Source: Ascoidea asiatica JCM 7603
Taxonomy: Eukaryota > Fungi > Ascomycota
Length of the DNA stretch: 64,000 nucleotides
Assembly (NCBI GenBank): GCA_001600695.1
Contig: BCKQ01000007.1
Location: forward strand, 565,594-629,593
Direction: 5' to 3'
Below are positions 24,826 through 37,490 of the stretch, piece after piece. The translations under genes and the position numbers were made by a program. The notes below the pieces were generated by a model, which made no database searches, was not told the origin of the DNA, and saw nothing but the letters and a program-made list of their open reading frames with translations. Numbering within the stretch: the first letter of the stretch is position 1; every line of letters starts with the position of its first letter.

Positions 24826-25561
24826 GTTTTGCGAGTTCAACAAATTTTCACTGCCATTCAAAACTGAAAACTGCCTCGATTTTCTTCCCGTTTGATTTGA
24901 ACTAATTTAATTTGGTTTACTTTCGTCTTGTTTGGCCTGCAATTTTAGATTTAGCTTTGTATTGACAATTGTTTTAATATTTATTTGTTTATTTCTTTCT
25001 TCTTCATTTCTATTCCTATTCTTATTTCTGTATTTATTTATTATTCCTTTATTTTATACACTTTTTTTTTTTCTTTCAATCATCAATTTAACTGAATGAT
25101 ATCTCTCTTTTTATCTATTCCTTTAAATAATCAATTTCATCAATACCTTTCATTAATAAAATTCATCAAATTTATTTCATTATTGATTAAAAAAGTCGTC
25201 ACCGATCAATTAAATCAATCGTCAATCAATCAATCAATCAATCAAATTGAGAGCTAAATAAATACAAATAGATAGATTGGATTTAAATAAAAATTCATCA
25301 ATTCAAAACAACATTCTAAATACTTTTATACATTTTCGTATTTATTCTTATTATATATTTTCTTATTCTCCTGATTCTTTTTTTTTCTTTTTTTTTCTCC
25401 AAAATTTTCATTAATAATTCATTAATGTATATTTATAATTTTTCATACACTTTCTTTGATTCAAAATAAATAAAAAAAAATAAAAAAATAGATTAATTAG
25501 AATTATATATTCTATTTATCTATTATTAACGATATAATATTACTAATAAACTTTTCAAACA

Positions 25562-27544
25562 ATGAATCAACTTAAAAATAAATTAACCTCGAATATTCAA
25601 AATTCAATATCAATCACCTCAATTTCATCTTCAATTCCGACTTCAATCCATTCTTCAGTTCCATTATCATCACCATTACCAATAAAATCTAAAAATTTCA
25701 GAAAATTATCTTACAATTATTTAATCAATAAAAAAATTTCAATAAATTCAATTAAATCAATAAGAAAAAAAAAATTATCAATAAATTCAACTTATAATAA
25801 AAATTATATTAATAAAAATTACATTAATGTTAAAAATTATTATAATTATATAAATTCAATAAATAAAACGAAATTATCAAATAAGTTATCAAATAAGTTT
25901 TCAAATAAATTATCTTATAGATTATCAAATGGATTTTCAAATAAATTATCTTATAAATTTTCTTTACCAAATCAAAAATATTATTCAACTTATTCAAAAT
26001 ATGGTTATAATTTAAAACAACAAAATTTTATAAAATTTTGGACTTTAACTTCAATTACTTTAATTTTCTTAACTATGATTTATAGAATTCACTATAAACA
26101 ACAACAACAACAAAAGGATAATGATAAAGATAAAGATAAAGATGATGATAATGATAATAACTTAAATGATATCAAACCAACTGGAGATTCTTGGACTTTT
26201 TTCTGTTATAAAACTTTACCATTAAATGCAATCTCAAGATTATGGGGTAAAGTTAATAGTATAAATTTACCAATTTTTTTAAGAGAACCAAGTTTTAGAT
26301 TTTATTCTTTTTTATTCAATGTTAATTTAGATGAAATTAAAGAAAAAGATTTAAAAAATTTTAAAAATTTAAAAGAATTTTTTTATAGAGAATTAGATTT
26401 TAAAAATTTTAGAAATTTTGAAAAAAATTTTGATCTAATTTCTCCATGTGATGGAAAGATTTTGTCTTTTGGTTTAATTAATAATAATGGTGATATTGAA
26501 CAAGTTAAAGGTTTAACTTATAATGTTAAAGTCTTTTTAGGTGAAGGAAACTTCAAAAATGTACCTGCTCCATCTTTAAAAAAAATTATTCAATCTCCAA
26601 TCAATAATAGTTTAATCAAAAATGGTAATAATATTAAGAGTGATTTCAACGAATTAAATGATGATGAAGAATTTGAAAATTTTAATCACATATCTTACAC
26701 TTTAGATGATTTAATTCAACCTGATATCAATGAAAATATTCATCATATTTTAGATAAACCTGATTTTAAAAATGATGGTGATGCAACTCTTATTAAGCCA
26801 AATAAATCTTCAATAAATATTGTTAAAGATCAAAATATTAATAATTCATCTAATTTAAAAAAAAAATTATTTTATACCGTTATTTATTTAGCTCCTGGGG
26901 ATTATCATAGATTTCATTCTCCAACAAATTGGGTTGTTAATTTACGTAGACATTTTATTGGAAACTTATATTCTGTTTCTCCATATTTTCAAAAAACTTT
27001 ACAAAATTTATTTGTTTTAAATGAAAGAGTAAGTTTATTAGGTTATTGGAAATATGGTTTTTTTTCAATGACTCCAGTTGGTGCTACTAATGTTGGTAGT
27101 ATAAAAATTAATTTTGATAAAGATTTAACAACAAATAGTAAATATGAAAATAATAATATTTACTATAATGCTGATAAAAAGGTTTCATTGTATAAACGTG
27201 ATTCAGTTAATGATTCTACTTCTTCAATTAATTCAACTGAATCTCATGATTCAAAAGACTCCTCAAATGATGGTTTATCAATTTCAGTTAAACATAAAAG
27301 AACCAAAGTAAAGAAAAATACTTGTTACGAAGCAACTTATGAAAATGCAAGTAGTCTCTTAAAAGGTTTTCCAGTTAAAAAAGGTGAACAAATGGGTGGT
27401 TTTGAATTAGGCAGTACAATTGTATTAGTGTTTGAAGCTCCAAGTAATTTCAAATTTAATGTTAAACAAAATCAAATTTTGAAAGTTGGTCAAGGTTTAG
27501 GTACAACTGATTCATCTTTGATTGATCCAAATTTACTTGATTGA
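25562..27544 (+). CDS. PSD1: Mitochondrial phosphatidylserine decarboxylase proenzyme
   Basis: Motifs LPLNAISRLWG, SPCDG, YLAPGDYHRFHSP, VGATNVGSI and the autocleavage motif LGST. Confidence 0.97.
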   Translation: MNQLKNKLTSNIQNSISITSISSSIPTSIHSSVPLSSPLPIKSKNFRKLSYNYLINKKISINSIKSIRKKKLSINSTYNKNYINKNYINVKNYYNYINSINKTKLSNKLSNKFSNKLSYRLSNGFSNKLSYKFSLPNQKYYSTYSKYGYNLKQQNFIKFWTLTSITLIFLTMIYRIHYKQQQQQKDNDKDKDKDDDNDNNLNDIKPTGDSWTFFCYKTLPLNAISRLWGKVNSINLPIFLREPSFRFYSFLFNVNLDEIKEKDLKNFKNLKEFFYRELDFKNFRNFEKNFDLISPCDGKILSFGLINNNGDIEQVKGLTYNVKVFLGEGNFKNVPAPSLKKIIQSPINNSLIKNGNNIKSDFNELNDDEEFENFNHISYTLDDLIQPDINENIHHILDKPDFKNDGDATLIKPNKSSINIVKDQNINNSSNLKKKLFYTVIYLAPGDYHRFHSPTNWVVNLRRHFIGNLYSVSPYFQKTLQNLFVLNERVSLLGYWKYGFFSMTPVGATNVGSIKINFDKDLTTNSKYENNNIYYNADKKVSLYKRDSVNDSTSSINSTESHDSKDSSNDGLSISVKHKRTKVKKNTCYEATYENASSLLKGFPVKKGEQMGGFELGSTIVLVFEAPSNFKFNVKQNQILKVGQGLGTTDSSLIDPNLLD

Positions 27545-27815
27545 ATTTATCCCTTTTTATCCATACATTTTTTTTGTATAATTTCACTCACTGCTTTTTA
27601 TTCTATTTTTTTTTTTTCAACTTGCATTCATTCTATGCTGATTATGATAATGGAAATCATAGCTTTATTTTTGTTTTTGTTTTTGTTGTTTTCTTTCTTA
27701 AATATTCATTATGATAAAAAAAAATTTATTTACATACATATGCTTTAAAAGTTCATAGATATACAGTATATAAAATATATACAAAAGATTTTTGTTAGTA
27801 TTAAAATTTCAAAAT

Positions 27816-29381
27816 TTAATTTTCTTCTTCAAATTCTGGCCACCAATCAGGAACAAACGCCTTCAAGTAAAGCTTTTGCTCCTTATTATCATCTTTAGAT
27901 ATACTTGATATGTAAAAATTCTTATTTACATCACTGAATTCTTCTAATTTAATCATAGCTAATCCAATATTACCTTTAACCGTTATCAATGTTCCTACGG
28001 GAGTTTTACGACGACGTCTGGGAACTTTTGAGGTACCAAATGGTGAAGAATTTATCACTTCTTTAGGATTTGAATCATGAAAGCCAGTAGATGAAGTGTT
28101 TGTATTTTTTTTCTCATTTAAAATAGTCTCCGATAATATTTCGGAATAAGGTAATAAAGAATTGTTGGACTCTGTTATCTGGCAAACAGAATCTTTTGGA
28201 TTATAAATAAATGGATCTGAATTTCTAAGAACATTAGTATCTAAAGTTAGCATTACTGGAATAAGCCTTTTTCGGGTTATTCCTGTATGATAAGTTCTAA
28301 CAGTCAATTCTTGACCAACATAACAACCTTTATTGAATGAAATTCCTTGCATCATATCAAGATTGCATTCTAAAGGTAATAATTGATTTGGTTTCAATTC
28401 TTGTGATGATTCCGGAATACCATTTAATATTCTTCTTATCGCTAGTGACTCATAAGAAATCTCATATTTTTGAATATTTGGAAACCATTTATTATTCAAA
28501 TATTTACTTATATTTTCTTTTGAGTTTGTTAAAAGTTTTATTCCAAAATTGGGAGATCTGTCATCAATAATCATACCTTTAAAACCAATTTGATCAGAAG
28601 GAATGTCATTATGAAAAATCTCATTGTTCTTCAAAAACTCATTAAACTTTTTGGCAGATTCAATAGGTGAAGTTAACTTATCATTATTTACTAGAAATGA
28701 AGTTTTTAGTTTCTCTATATAATTCTTAAATAATTCGGAATCATTGTAAATATACCATGATGATATTTGATCTTCGTTTACTTCTTCGGAAGACTGAGAG
28801 GGCAATTTTTTTAAAGTAATATTAGATGAAAGTTCATGAAAAGTTAGTAATTTGTATAATGATTTGGCTATTTGATCATCAACTTCAATGAAATATTTCG
28901 AATCTTGATTTTTGAATATATCTACTTTTGTTATATTTGTAAGATCAGGATATATAAAACAATCAGTTAAAACTCTTCCCCTGGAATTCAAGAAAAAAGA
29001 ATAAGCCCCAATTCTTTTATAGCCCAAATCATTTTCAAATTCACTAAAAATATCTTCATTGATTATTCCCCAATTCTTTGAAGTATCAATATCCAATAAT
29101 TCATTTGATTGTTCTTCGGCGTCTTTGTCAGTTATTGTTGTAACATTTTTCTTGATGAATTTAGGCAAGGTTCTTGCTGTCACAAGTCCATTTAAAAACT
29201 TTGAAGAATCTGGTCCAGAAACTTCGATTATAACCTTTTTCTCTGACAAATTACAAAATCCAATTCTAGGAGGAGCTGAAGGTAATGTTGATAATGATCT
29301 AATTCTCTGAGTTACTAATCTAAATGATAATGATCTAACTGATGAGTTAGGCCATCTTACTGTTCGAAAGCAAGGAATCAT
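27816..29381 (-). CDS. IBA57: Mitochondrial Fe-S maturation factor Iba57 (YgfZ family)
   Basis: [10 protein letters not shown] signature and [11 protein letters not shown]. First ATG is at 29381. Confidence 0.95.
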   Translation of the reverse strand: MIPCFRTVRWPNSSVRSLSFRLVTQRIRSLSTLPSAPPRIGFCNLSEKKVIIEVSGPDSSKFLNGLVTARTLPKFIKKNVTTITDKDAEEQSNELLDIDTSKNWGIINEDIFSEFENDLGYKRIGAYSFFLNSRGRVLTDCFIYPDLTNITKVDIFKNQDSKYFIEVDDQIAKSLYKLLTFHELSSNITLKKLPSQSSEEVNEDQISSWYIYNDSELFKNYIEKLKTSFLVNNDKLTSPIESAKKFNEFLKNNEIFHNDIPSDQIGFKGMIIDDRSPNFGIKLLTNSKENISKYLNNKWFPNIQKYEISYESLAIRRILNGIPESSQELKPNQLLPLECNLDMMQGISFNKGCYVGQELTVRTYHTGITRKRLIPVMLTLDTNVLRNSDPFIYNPKDSVCQITESNNSLLPYSEILSETILNEKKNTNTSSTGFHDSNPKEVINSSPFGTSKVPRRRRKTPVGTLITVKGNIGLAMIKLEEFSDVNKNFYISSISKDDNKEQKLYLKAFVPDWWPEFEEEN

Positions 29382-30121
29382 TCTCAACACTATATGAAAC
29401 CTGTTCTTATTCAGCCTTTAATCTGATTTATATTTTTATCTTCAGTCTGGTTATATTATAGATAGATTAAATATTTTGGCTTTTAATGTTGTTATAACCA
29501 TCTACAGTATTACTATGAAGCAAAAAATATCCGTTTTCGCTTCGAGGACTGACCAATCTTTAACTTTTATCGGTTTCGACTACGGAAAATTTAGTAGTTT
29601 AAGAACTGTACGAAATAAAACCGAAAATAATCATTATTATAACAGAAATATGAAATGTTTTATTCTTTTCTAACTAATAAAGAGAGTAAATGAAAAAATA
29701 GAAAAACGTAAAGCCCAACCAAAAATGTAGTCAATCAATAAAATATATACTTAAAAGATAATTTAACTCAAAACGAAGAGATATGAAAAAAAAAACTAAA
29801 AACATAAAAATAAAAACAAAGCCCAAGAAAATGTAAATATTTTTTAAAACAAAATCAAAATCAAAGTCAAAAGTGAAATTTGAAAGAGAAAAATAAAAAT
29901 TATCAAAAAAACAAATCGCAAAAAAGAACCTGAAAGTCCTGTTGAGGAAATTAAAATATAAAACAGGAAAAATGAAAGAAAGCGTAAATTTCGAAGGTAT
30001 CTAAAAAAATAAAATGAATACAGTAATAGAAGAGTAATGAGTGTTGAAAAAATTTAAGTAATCAAAACAATGAGGTAATGATACAATTTAAAAATAAGCT
30101 GAAAGTTTAAAAAAAAATACC

Positions 30122-30614
30122 TTATGTAGAATTCTGCTGCATTAAAGAAGATGCAATAGTCTGATTTAAAGGCTGATTCATATTTCCTGATGGAATCATT
30201 TGAGATAAATCAGCTCCAAGATTTGAATTAAGATTTGCTGGTAAAACATTGTTAATTGAATTTGTCATTACACCAGATAATGTAGTCAAATTACTCATAT
30301 TTGAAATATTAGGCATTACCGAGATATTCGAAAGATTGTTCAGGAGATTATTTGAAAGATTAGAACCAGACCTTTGATGCATTCCATTAGGCATTCCATT
30401 AGGCATTCCATTAGTTATTCCATTAGCCATTGAATTAGGAACTGCAGGCATTAAAATTGGAAACCTATTATTTGGATTTTGATTTTGGCGTTGTATCTGC
30501 TGTTGAATCTGTTGCAATTGCTGCTGTTGCTGACGAGATTGAAGTTGCAGTTGAGGTTGAATAGAAGTCAATGTATTGCTGTTATTATTATTATTATTGT
30601 TATTATTGTTATTA

Positions 30615-30652
<38 letters not shown>

Positions 30653-31958
30653 GTTATTATTATTATTCATATTATTGTTATTATTATTCATATTATTGTT
30701 ATTAGTATTGTTATTAGTATTAACATTATTGTTGTTATTATTTATATTATTGCTATTATTATTGTTATTACTATTATTGTTACTATTATTTTGCATTGGT
30801 ATATTAGAAATATTTGGATTAGTTAAAATAACTGAATTAGGTTGATTCAATTGATTAGCTATTTGATTAGATAATTGATTTTGATTTGAATTATAATCAG
30901 TTGCAGCCATAATTTGAAAAAAAATTTCATGACCACCAATTGAATTGATTAAATTATCACAACTTTTATGATTTAGTAATAAGGATCTTAAAGTTAAAAC
31001 TTGATCTTTTAGAACAGCAACTTCATTTTTCAAATTAGTATAACCATCTCTAAAAAAAATCAAATCTCTTTGAGTTTGAACCATTAATTGTTTTTTTCTC
31101 TGTCTACATTTTGAAGCAGCTAATCTGTTTCTTTCTAAAAAATTTTTACGTTTTTCCTCTTCTGATAAATTTGACGGTTCTTTCTTTTGACTTTTTTTAT
31201 CTTTTTTTTGAGAATTAGAATCCATTTTAGATGAAGATGGAGAAGATTGATTATCATCCTGATTATCATCTTGATTAAAATTATCTTGTTCATTATTATG
31301 ATCATTATTTTGATCATCATCTTGTTCATTCTCTTTAGAACTGTTTTGTATATTATTTTGATCATTATTACCTAATTTTGAGTTTGAGTTTGAATTTAAT
31401 TTCGAATTCTTATTATTATTATTATTATTTAAATGTGGAGATGATTTATTTGAAGAGGAAAAAGTATAGTTTTTTGAATTATCATTTTTATTTTTGTTAG
31501 TATGAATAATATTTTCTTTACCAAATTCATTTTTAATATTTAATTTATTTGCACCATTACTATTGATTGAGTTTATACTACCATTAGATTTTAATTTTTT
31601 ATTTGTATTGATATTTTTCTTTATATTATTATTTATATTATTATTCATATTTTTATTATTAATATTTTTGTTTATATTTTTAGTAATATTTTTAGTAATA
31701 TTTTTGGAATTATTTGAAATAGATAATTTTCTTCTTTTTGGAGAAGGATTACTTTTTAAAATTAAATCAGTTTGAGAAATATGATTAATTAGAGAATTTG
31801 AATCATTTAAATTATTACTTGATTTTGAATCAATTTTGTTATTGTTGTTGTTGTTGTTGTTATTATTATTATTATTATTGATATTAACTTCCTGAATTGG
31901 GTTTAAATTTTTAAACTTTGAATCTTTTTGAGATTGATTTTCCGAGATATTATTATTA

Positions 31959-32020
<62 letters not shown>

Positions 32021-33221
32021 GTTATCAGTGAGATCATTGTTGTCGTTATTATCATTATTTGAGGAGGTTATTGGATTAGTTAAGCCTAATAAAGAACTTA
32101 TACCGGGAGTTAATAAATTTGAATTTAAATTTGTTAAAGGAGGTAAATTATTTAAGTTAAAAGAATTCAAAGAATTTAAAGAGTTTAAAGGATTACCAAA
32201 AGTTATACCGGTTCTTATACCAGATTCATTTGGAGTTAGACCAGTTTTTTTTAGAAAAAGTCCAAAAGGATTACCTGGAGTTAAGTTATTTGAATCAATA
32301 TTATTTTCTATATCCGAGGTTAAATTTGTATTAGTATTAGTATTTGAATTTGAAGTTGCATTATTATTATTATTATTATTGTTATTTGAATTATTAGGAG
32401 ATTTTGAATTTTGTAGAAAATTCCAAGATAATGAACCTGGAGTAAAACCAGGTAATGAAGAAAAGCCTGGAGTTAGATTATTTGAGAATCCATTTAAAGA
32501 AGTAAAATTAGATAATCCAGAAAGAGCAGGAATACCGGGGATACCAGAAATTCCAGGAGAAGAAAGAGGAGGAGGTAATCTTCTTGAACCTCCTGGAGTT
32601 AATAATTCTACAGAGGAGGGTATTCCACCACTTAAAGATCTTTTATTTGAGTTTATAGAAGTATTTGTTGAACTAGTTGTAGGATTATTATTATTGTTAT
32701 TTAAACTTGATAAAGGTAATGGAGATTTGGAAGAATCACCAAAAGATTTCTCAAAGGGGTTTGGTTCATAATCTATTGATCTTTTCTTATCTAAAATATT
32801 TTGATTTGAGTGGTTTGAATGATTTGAATGACTTGAATGATTTTGACCATTAGATATTGAAGATATATTTATGCTTGAAGGCACTATTAATGAAAAATAT
32901 AAATAAAATTTTAGTTAGTAAAATAAATTCATTTCATATAGTATAATAATCTAATATAATATAATATAATATAATATAATATAATATAATATAATATAAT
33001 ATAATATAATATGAAATAATATGATATAATATAATATATAAAATATAAATATTATAAGTATATTTCATAAATATTATAAGTATAATATAAAGGATATATC
33101 TAAATCTTAAATTATATAAATAATAAATTTGAGATGATAATATAAAAGATTATCATAAATTATGTTAAATGACATAATATGAGTTAATAAAGTGGTCATA
33201 AACTGATAATTTGTACTTACT
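30122..33221 (-). CDS. SKO1: ATF/CREB bZIP factor Sko1/Atf1; coding exon 1 is the single base 33221, intron 33220-32884, exon 2 32883-30122
   Basis: DYEPNPFEKSF, LTPG repeats, TGLTPNESGIRTG and bZIP EEKRKNFLERNRLAASKCRQRKK. Splice signals: GTAAGT at 33220, TACTAAC at 32920-32914, TAG at 32886-32884. Confidence 0.9.
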
Positions 33222-34018
33222 TTTGAAGAGAAATAAGAAATATTGACAGCCAAAAGATTAAAATGGATTAAATATTTGAGAAAGAAGAAAGAATAAAGAA
33301 GAATGATTTATAAATGATAAATGATAAATGATAAATGATTAGTGGTTTTATTTAATGGTTGAATATAAACACAAGAGATAAAGGATGAAGATAAAAACGA
33401 AACAATAAAATAGGAAAAGACGTTCTAGATATTTATACTTTCAACATATAATTCCTCCTGTTTTAGCTTCTTATTCTTCTATTTCTGCTTGGATTCGTTT
33501 GATTGTTGGGATTGTTTCGATATTTATTTCAACTGGCAATAAAGATCAATTTGATGATTAATAAAGATATATTAATATTATCGAATAATATATATAAAAT
33601 AAAGTAATATAATAAAGTAATATAATAAAGTAATATAATATAGTAATATATAAAAAAGTAATAACAATACACTAACATACAATTATAATCGTAGTATTAT
33701 CCAGTCCAGTCAGACCTGAAAACAAATGAGTGATGCGAGCGAGCTGGAGCTGCGTTGCGAGCGACGTCATCCCCAACGCCGGCCGGTTTCCTTGCGCTTT
33801 CCCTGCGCCCCGCCAGAAACGCAGACGAAAAGGAGAAAAAGCCTGGCGCCATCCGGTAAAAGCAACACCAGCCACAGTCACAGGTGGTGACGCAATGTCA
33901 CCTGATATAAAAGCGTGACCAAATAAATGCATTATGCATTATAAAGCTACTGGACTTACATTTTGCTTGCTCAAAACATAATACCCCATAACTGTACATG
34001 TATTCCTAATTGGTAAAA

Positions 34019-37000
34019 CTAGCCTCTTTCATGGCTGAAGAACTCTACTGTCTCCTGCACCGCCACGTTTTCGTCTGATTCACAAGTAAACTGCATCTGT
34101 CCCGAGAAATTGGTCTCATTTTTGGCTCTATTTTTTTTCATATATTCAGATCCTAATTCTAAAGTAATTTTGGATTTTAAGGCATTTTCATTATTTATAA
34201 TTCTTTCTTTAATCCAATTTGATAATTTATTTTGAATTTTAATACTTTTGAATCTTTTATCAATTAAATAAATCATTGAATAATCATTTTTATGTCTAAT
34301 TGATCTACCGATACTTTGATTAATTGCTCTCATACAAATATTTTCATAAAATTCAATACTCTTAATTTTACTATCTTTTAAACTACCTCCATTTTCAATA
34401 ATTTTATTTTCAATAAATTTTCTTCTATTTATAATATCACCTGAAAATAAAGTTGGATATGGTAATCCAATCATAATTATTCCTCGACATAATTTATCAT
34501 CAAAATTAATACCTTCTGATAATTTTCCTCCAACAACTGAAAATAAAATACCTCCACTTTTTACATTCTTATTTTCATTAGAGCTTAAATTAATATGATT
34601 TGAATAGTTATTGATAACTTCATTAATATTATCTTTATTTAAATCATCAACGAAAATCTTTTTAATATTATCAATTTTTTTCCATATACTATGCTTATTA
34701 TTATTACCATTAATATCATATATCATTTTTTCCCAATTATTCATTAAGAATTTTAAATATTTATAACTTGGTAAAAAACAAATAACACCATCAGGTATAT
34801 TTGAAATTAATCTGATTATAAAATTTCCTAAATTTTTAATCATTTTAATATTATTTCTACTACTAAAATTGAACTCATATTCAAAATTTCTTTTATTATA
34901 ATCAATTCCATTTCCAATTGATAAAACTTTTAAATTATCTTTATTTATAATATGACCACATTTAAAAAATTTAACTTCTTTTTCAAAATTTAAATATGGT
35001 ATTAAATTATTATAATAATCAATCATTGGCTCCATTGTACCTCCAATCAAAATAATTTTTTTACAATTATTAACTAATTTCTTAAAAATTTCAATTGGTT
35101 CTAATAATTTATAATTTATCTCTAATTCTCCAAATTTATTATAATCAAAATAAATTTTACCTTCTTTTGAAGGATTATTTAAAATTTTTAAAAATTTTAT
35201 CAATTCAAATAATATTGGATATCCTTTTGATTTATTCCCTCCTTTACCTTCTTTACCTTCTTTTTCTTTATTTATATATTTTTCAATTTTGAATGCAATT
35301 TTTGAATTTTTAAAAAAAAAATCTAATTTATTAAAATTTAATAAATCAAAATTATTATCTTTGAATATATCAATTAATCTAATCTCATAACCAATTTTAA
35401 TTTTATTTTTTTCTTGAATTTGAATTTTATCAATATAATTTAATAAAATTTTAATAAATTTGATTAAATTTATTAAGTTAATTCTATTAAAACTGTTAAA
35501 TTTTTTAAGAAATTTTTTGAAATAATTTTTTAAATTTTTTAAAATTAAATTCAAATTTAATATACTTAATTTAATAGAGTTTATATTTAAAATTGTATCA
35601 ATTAAATTATGAGCTTCATCAATTATAATTATTGAATTTTTAAATTTATTTAAATTACTTGTATTATCATTATAATTAAAAATTTCATCTAGAAATAATA
35701 ATTGATATGGTAATGATTGAATTTCACTTATTGAATTAATTTTTTCATTTTTAATTGAATAATATGGACATAATTTTAATTCATTTCCAATTTCTTTAAT
35801 TTCTTCAATATCATGAATATTACTATAAATTAAATCTCTATAATTATGCAATTCATCAATTCCATCATTGCCATTGTCATTAAGCATAGCTGTTTTATAA
35901 TTTTCATAATAAACACAATTGTTTTTAATTTTAGTTTTATTATCATTATTTTTAACTTCACCACTTATTAAATCAGAACATGCATCATTAATCATATTTA
36001 AATCTTTGAATTTATTAACTTTTTCATTTACACATAAAAATTTCCTTGAACTTAATGGTAAATATTTAATTTTTTCAATATATTCAATTTCTTTTTCATT
36101 ATGATTATAAATTGTTTTGAAGCTATTATTAACAATATTTAATTGTTTTGAGAATTGATTTAATTGAGAATGAGTTCTTGAAGCAAAAAAAATTTGAGTC
36201 TTATTATTATAATTTAATAAATTTTCAATTGAATTTTTAGAATTTTCAATGACTTTATTAGAACTTTTATTTGATAATTTATTTAACAAAGTATTAATTT
36301 CATTTGATAATAACTTATTTTTATTATTTAAATCATTTTCATTGATAATTTTATTATCATTATTATCATAATTACTATCAATATTACTATCATTATTATT
36401 ATTTGAGGGGAGATACTCGTCATCATTGTTATCTTCTTGTTCTATTGAAATATCTAATTTTTTTAACTTTCTTTTTTTATAATTGTTATTAGTATTATAG
36501 TGATTATTAGAATGATCTAAGTTACTGATTTTTTGTAAAATCTGATTAGTTTCACTCAATTGATTCAAATAAATTTCATAATCTTTTAATATTTTAAATT
36601 TATCTAAAACTAAATTATTGAAATAATAATCTTTAATCCAATCCGGTTCATCATCGTCATCAATAGCATTTTTCTTGCTGTTGCATTCATTACTCGTTTC
36701 ATTATTGTTTTGATTATTATTTAATAAAATATTCAATTTATAATTTCTTAACCATGTTAAAGTTGAACAAATCAAAGACAATGTCTTTCCAGTACCTGTT
36801 GGACTTTCAAAGATTCCAATTTTATAATCATTTGTCAATAAATTAGTTATTGAATCCATTAAATTCAACTGGATCTCATATGGTTTATATGGATGATTAT
36901 AAGTTTCTCTTTTGATTTCTGACTGATTCACATTTTGTAATTGAGCTTGAGTTTGAGATTCTGGTTTTGGTTTTGGTCTTTTACTTGGAAATTTTAATTC

Positions 37001-37054
37001 CCTGGAATTGTTACCATGAATAATAGCATTGTCTGAAATATTGCCTGAAGTCAT
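34019..37054 (-). CDS. CHL1: Fe-S DNA helicase Chl1/DDX11
   Basis: HPYKPYEIQ, ESPTGTGKTLSLIC, ASRTHSQL, CPYY, DEAHN, GGKLSEGINF and NQSIGRSIRH. Confidence 0.97.
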   Translation of the reverse strand: MTSGNISDNAIIHGNNSRELKFPSKRPKPKPESQTQAQLQNVNQSEIKRETYNHPYKPYEIQLNLMDSITNLLTNDYKIGIFESPTGTGKTLSLICSTLTWLRNYKLNILLNNNQNNNETSNECNSKKNAIDDDDEPDWIKDYYFNNLVLDKFKILKDYEIYLNQLSETNQILQKISNLDHSNNHYNTNNNYKKRKLKKLDISIEQEDNNDDEYLPSNNNNDSNIDSNYDNNDNKIINENDLNNKNKLLSNEINTLLNKLSNKSSNKVIENSKNSIENLLNYNNKTQIFFASRTHSQLNQFSKQLNIVNNSFKTIYNHNEKEIEYIEKIKYLPLSSRKFLCVNEKVNKFKDLNMINDACSDLISGEVKNNDNKTKIKNNCVYYENYKTAMLNDNGNDGIDELHNYRDLIYSNIHDIEEIKEIGNELKLCPYYSIKNEKINSISEIQSLPYQLLFLDEIFNYNDNTSNLNKFKNSIIIIDEAHNLIDTILNINSIKLSILNLNLILKNLKNYFKKFLKKFNSFNRINLINLIKFIKILLNYIDKIQIQEKNKIKIGYEIRLIDIFKDNNFDLLNFNKLDFFFKNSKIAFKIEKYINKEKEGKEGKGGNKSKGYPILFELIKFLKILNNPSKEGKIYFDYNKFGELEINYKLLEPIEIFKKLVNNCKKIILIGGTMEPMIDYYNNLIPYLNFEKEVKFFKCGHIINKDNLKVLSIGNGIDYNKRNFEYEFNFSSRNNIKMIKNLGNFIIRLISNIPDGVICFLPSYKYLKFLMNNWEKMIYDINGNNNKHSIWKKIDNIKKIFVDDLNKDNINEVINNYSNHINLSSNENKNVKSGGILFSVVGGKLSEGINFDDKLCRGIIMIGLPYPTLFSGDIINRRKFIENKIIENGGSLKDSKIKSIEFYENICMRAINQSIGRSIRHKNDYSMIYLIDKRFKSIKIQNKLSNWIKERIINNENALKSKITLELGSEYMKKNRAKNETNFSGQMQFTCESDENVAVQETVEFFSHERG

Positions 37055-37204
37055 TTAACAATGTTCCTAGTAATGTATTGTTGAATCATTACAAACTTAT
37101 CTCTTCAGTCTCCAATTGCAATTCTTCTTTCTTTCTCCAGTTGTAAAAGAACCTTTCATTTAATACTTCTTTACTATCTCTATTATCTTTGTTGTATCTC
37201 TCTC

Positions 37205-37270
37205 TTTGCCACCAAACGCGTGAACAATTTCTCAATTAAACTTTAAATCAATTTTTGAAATTTTACGCGT
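37205..37270. promoter_or_regulatory. CHL1 promoter: PACE (GGTGGCAAA on minus strand, 37205-37213) and two MCB elements (ACGCGT at 37216 and 37265)
   Basis: Exact consensus matches 150-215 bp upstream of the CHL1 ATG. Confidence 0.7.
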
Positions 37271-37277
37271 TTTCAGT

Positions 37278-37490
37278 ATGAGACCATTTCAGTGGATCTT
37301 TTATAGATCAGGTGACCGGTATTTTAGAGCCCTGTAATTTTTAAATCTAAACTTTTTTAGGGCTCTGGATTATTACTGGATTTGGACAACTTGTCCGAAT
37401 GTGGCAATTTTCTTCTTTTAAATTCCACGCGCTCCCTGTCTTTTCATCCTCAAAGGCTATTTTTAAATGAATCTTCTGCTTTTTTACAAC
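37278..37490 (+). ncRNA. Candidate structured RNA element (unidentified)
   Basis: At least five hairpins plus a closing helix; G-U pairs favour the plus strand. Confidence 0.4.

Noticed and set aside
32019-32771. 250-aa ORF antisense to SKO1, and the many poly-Leu/Ile ORFs (e.g. 30576-30845, 21049-21426)
   Set aside because: Alternative-frame or antisense products of AAT repeats and codon bias.
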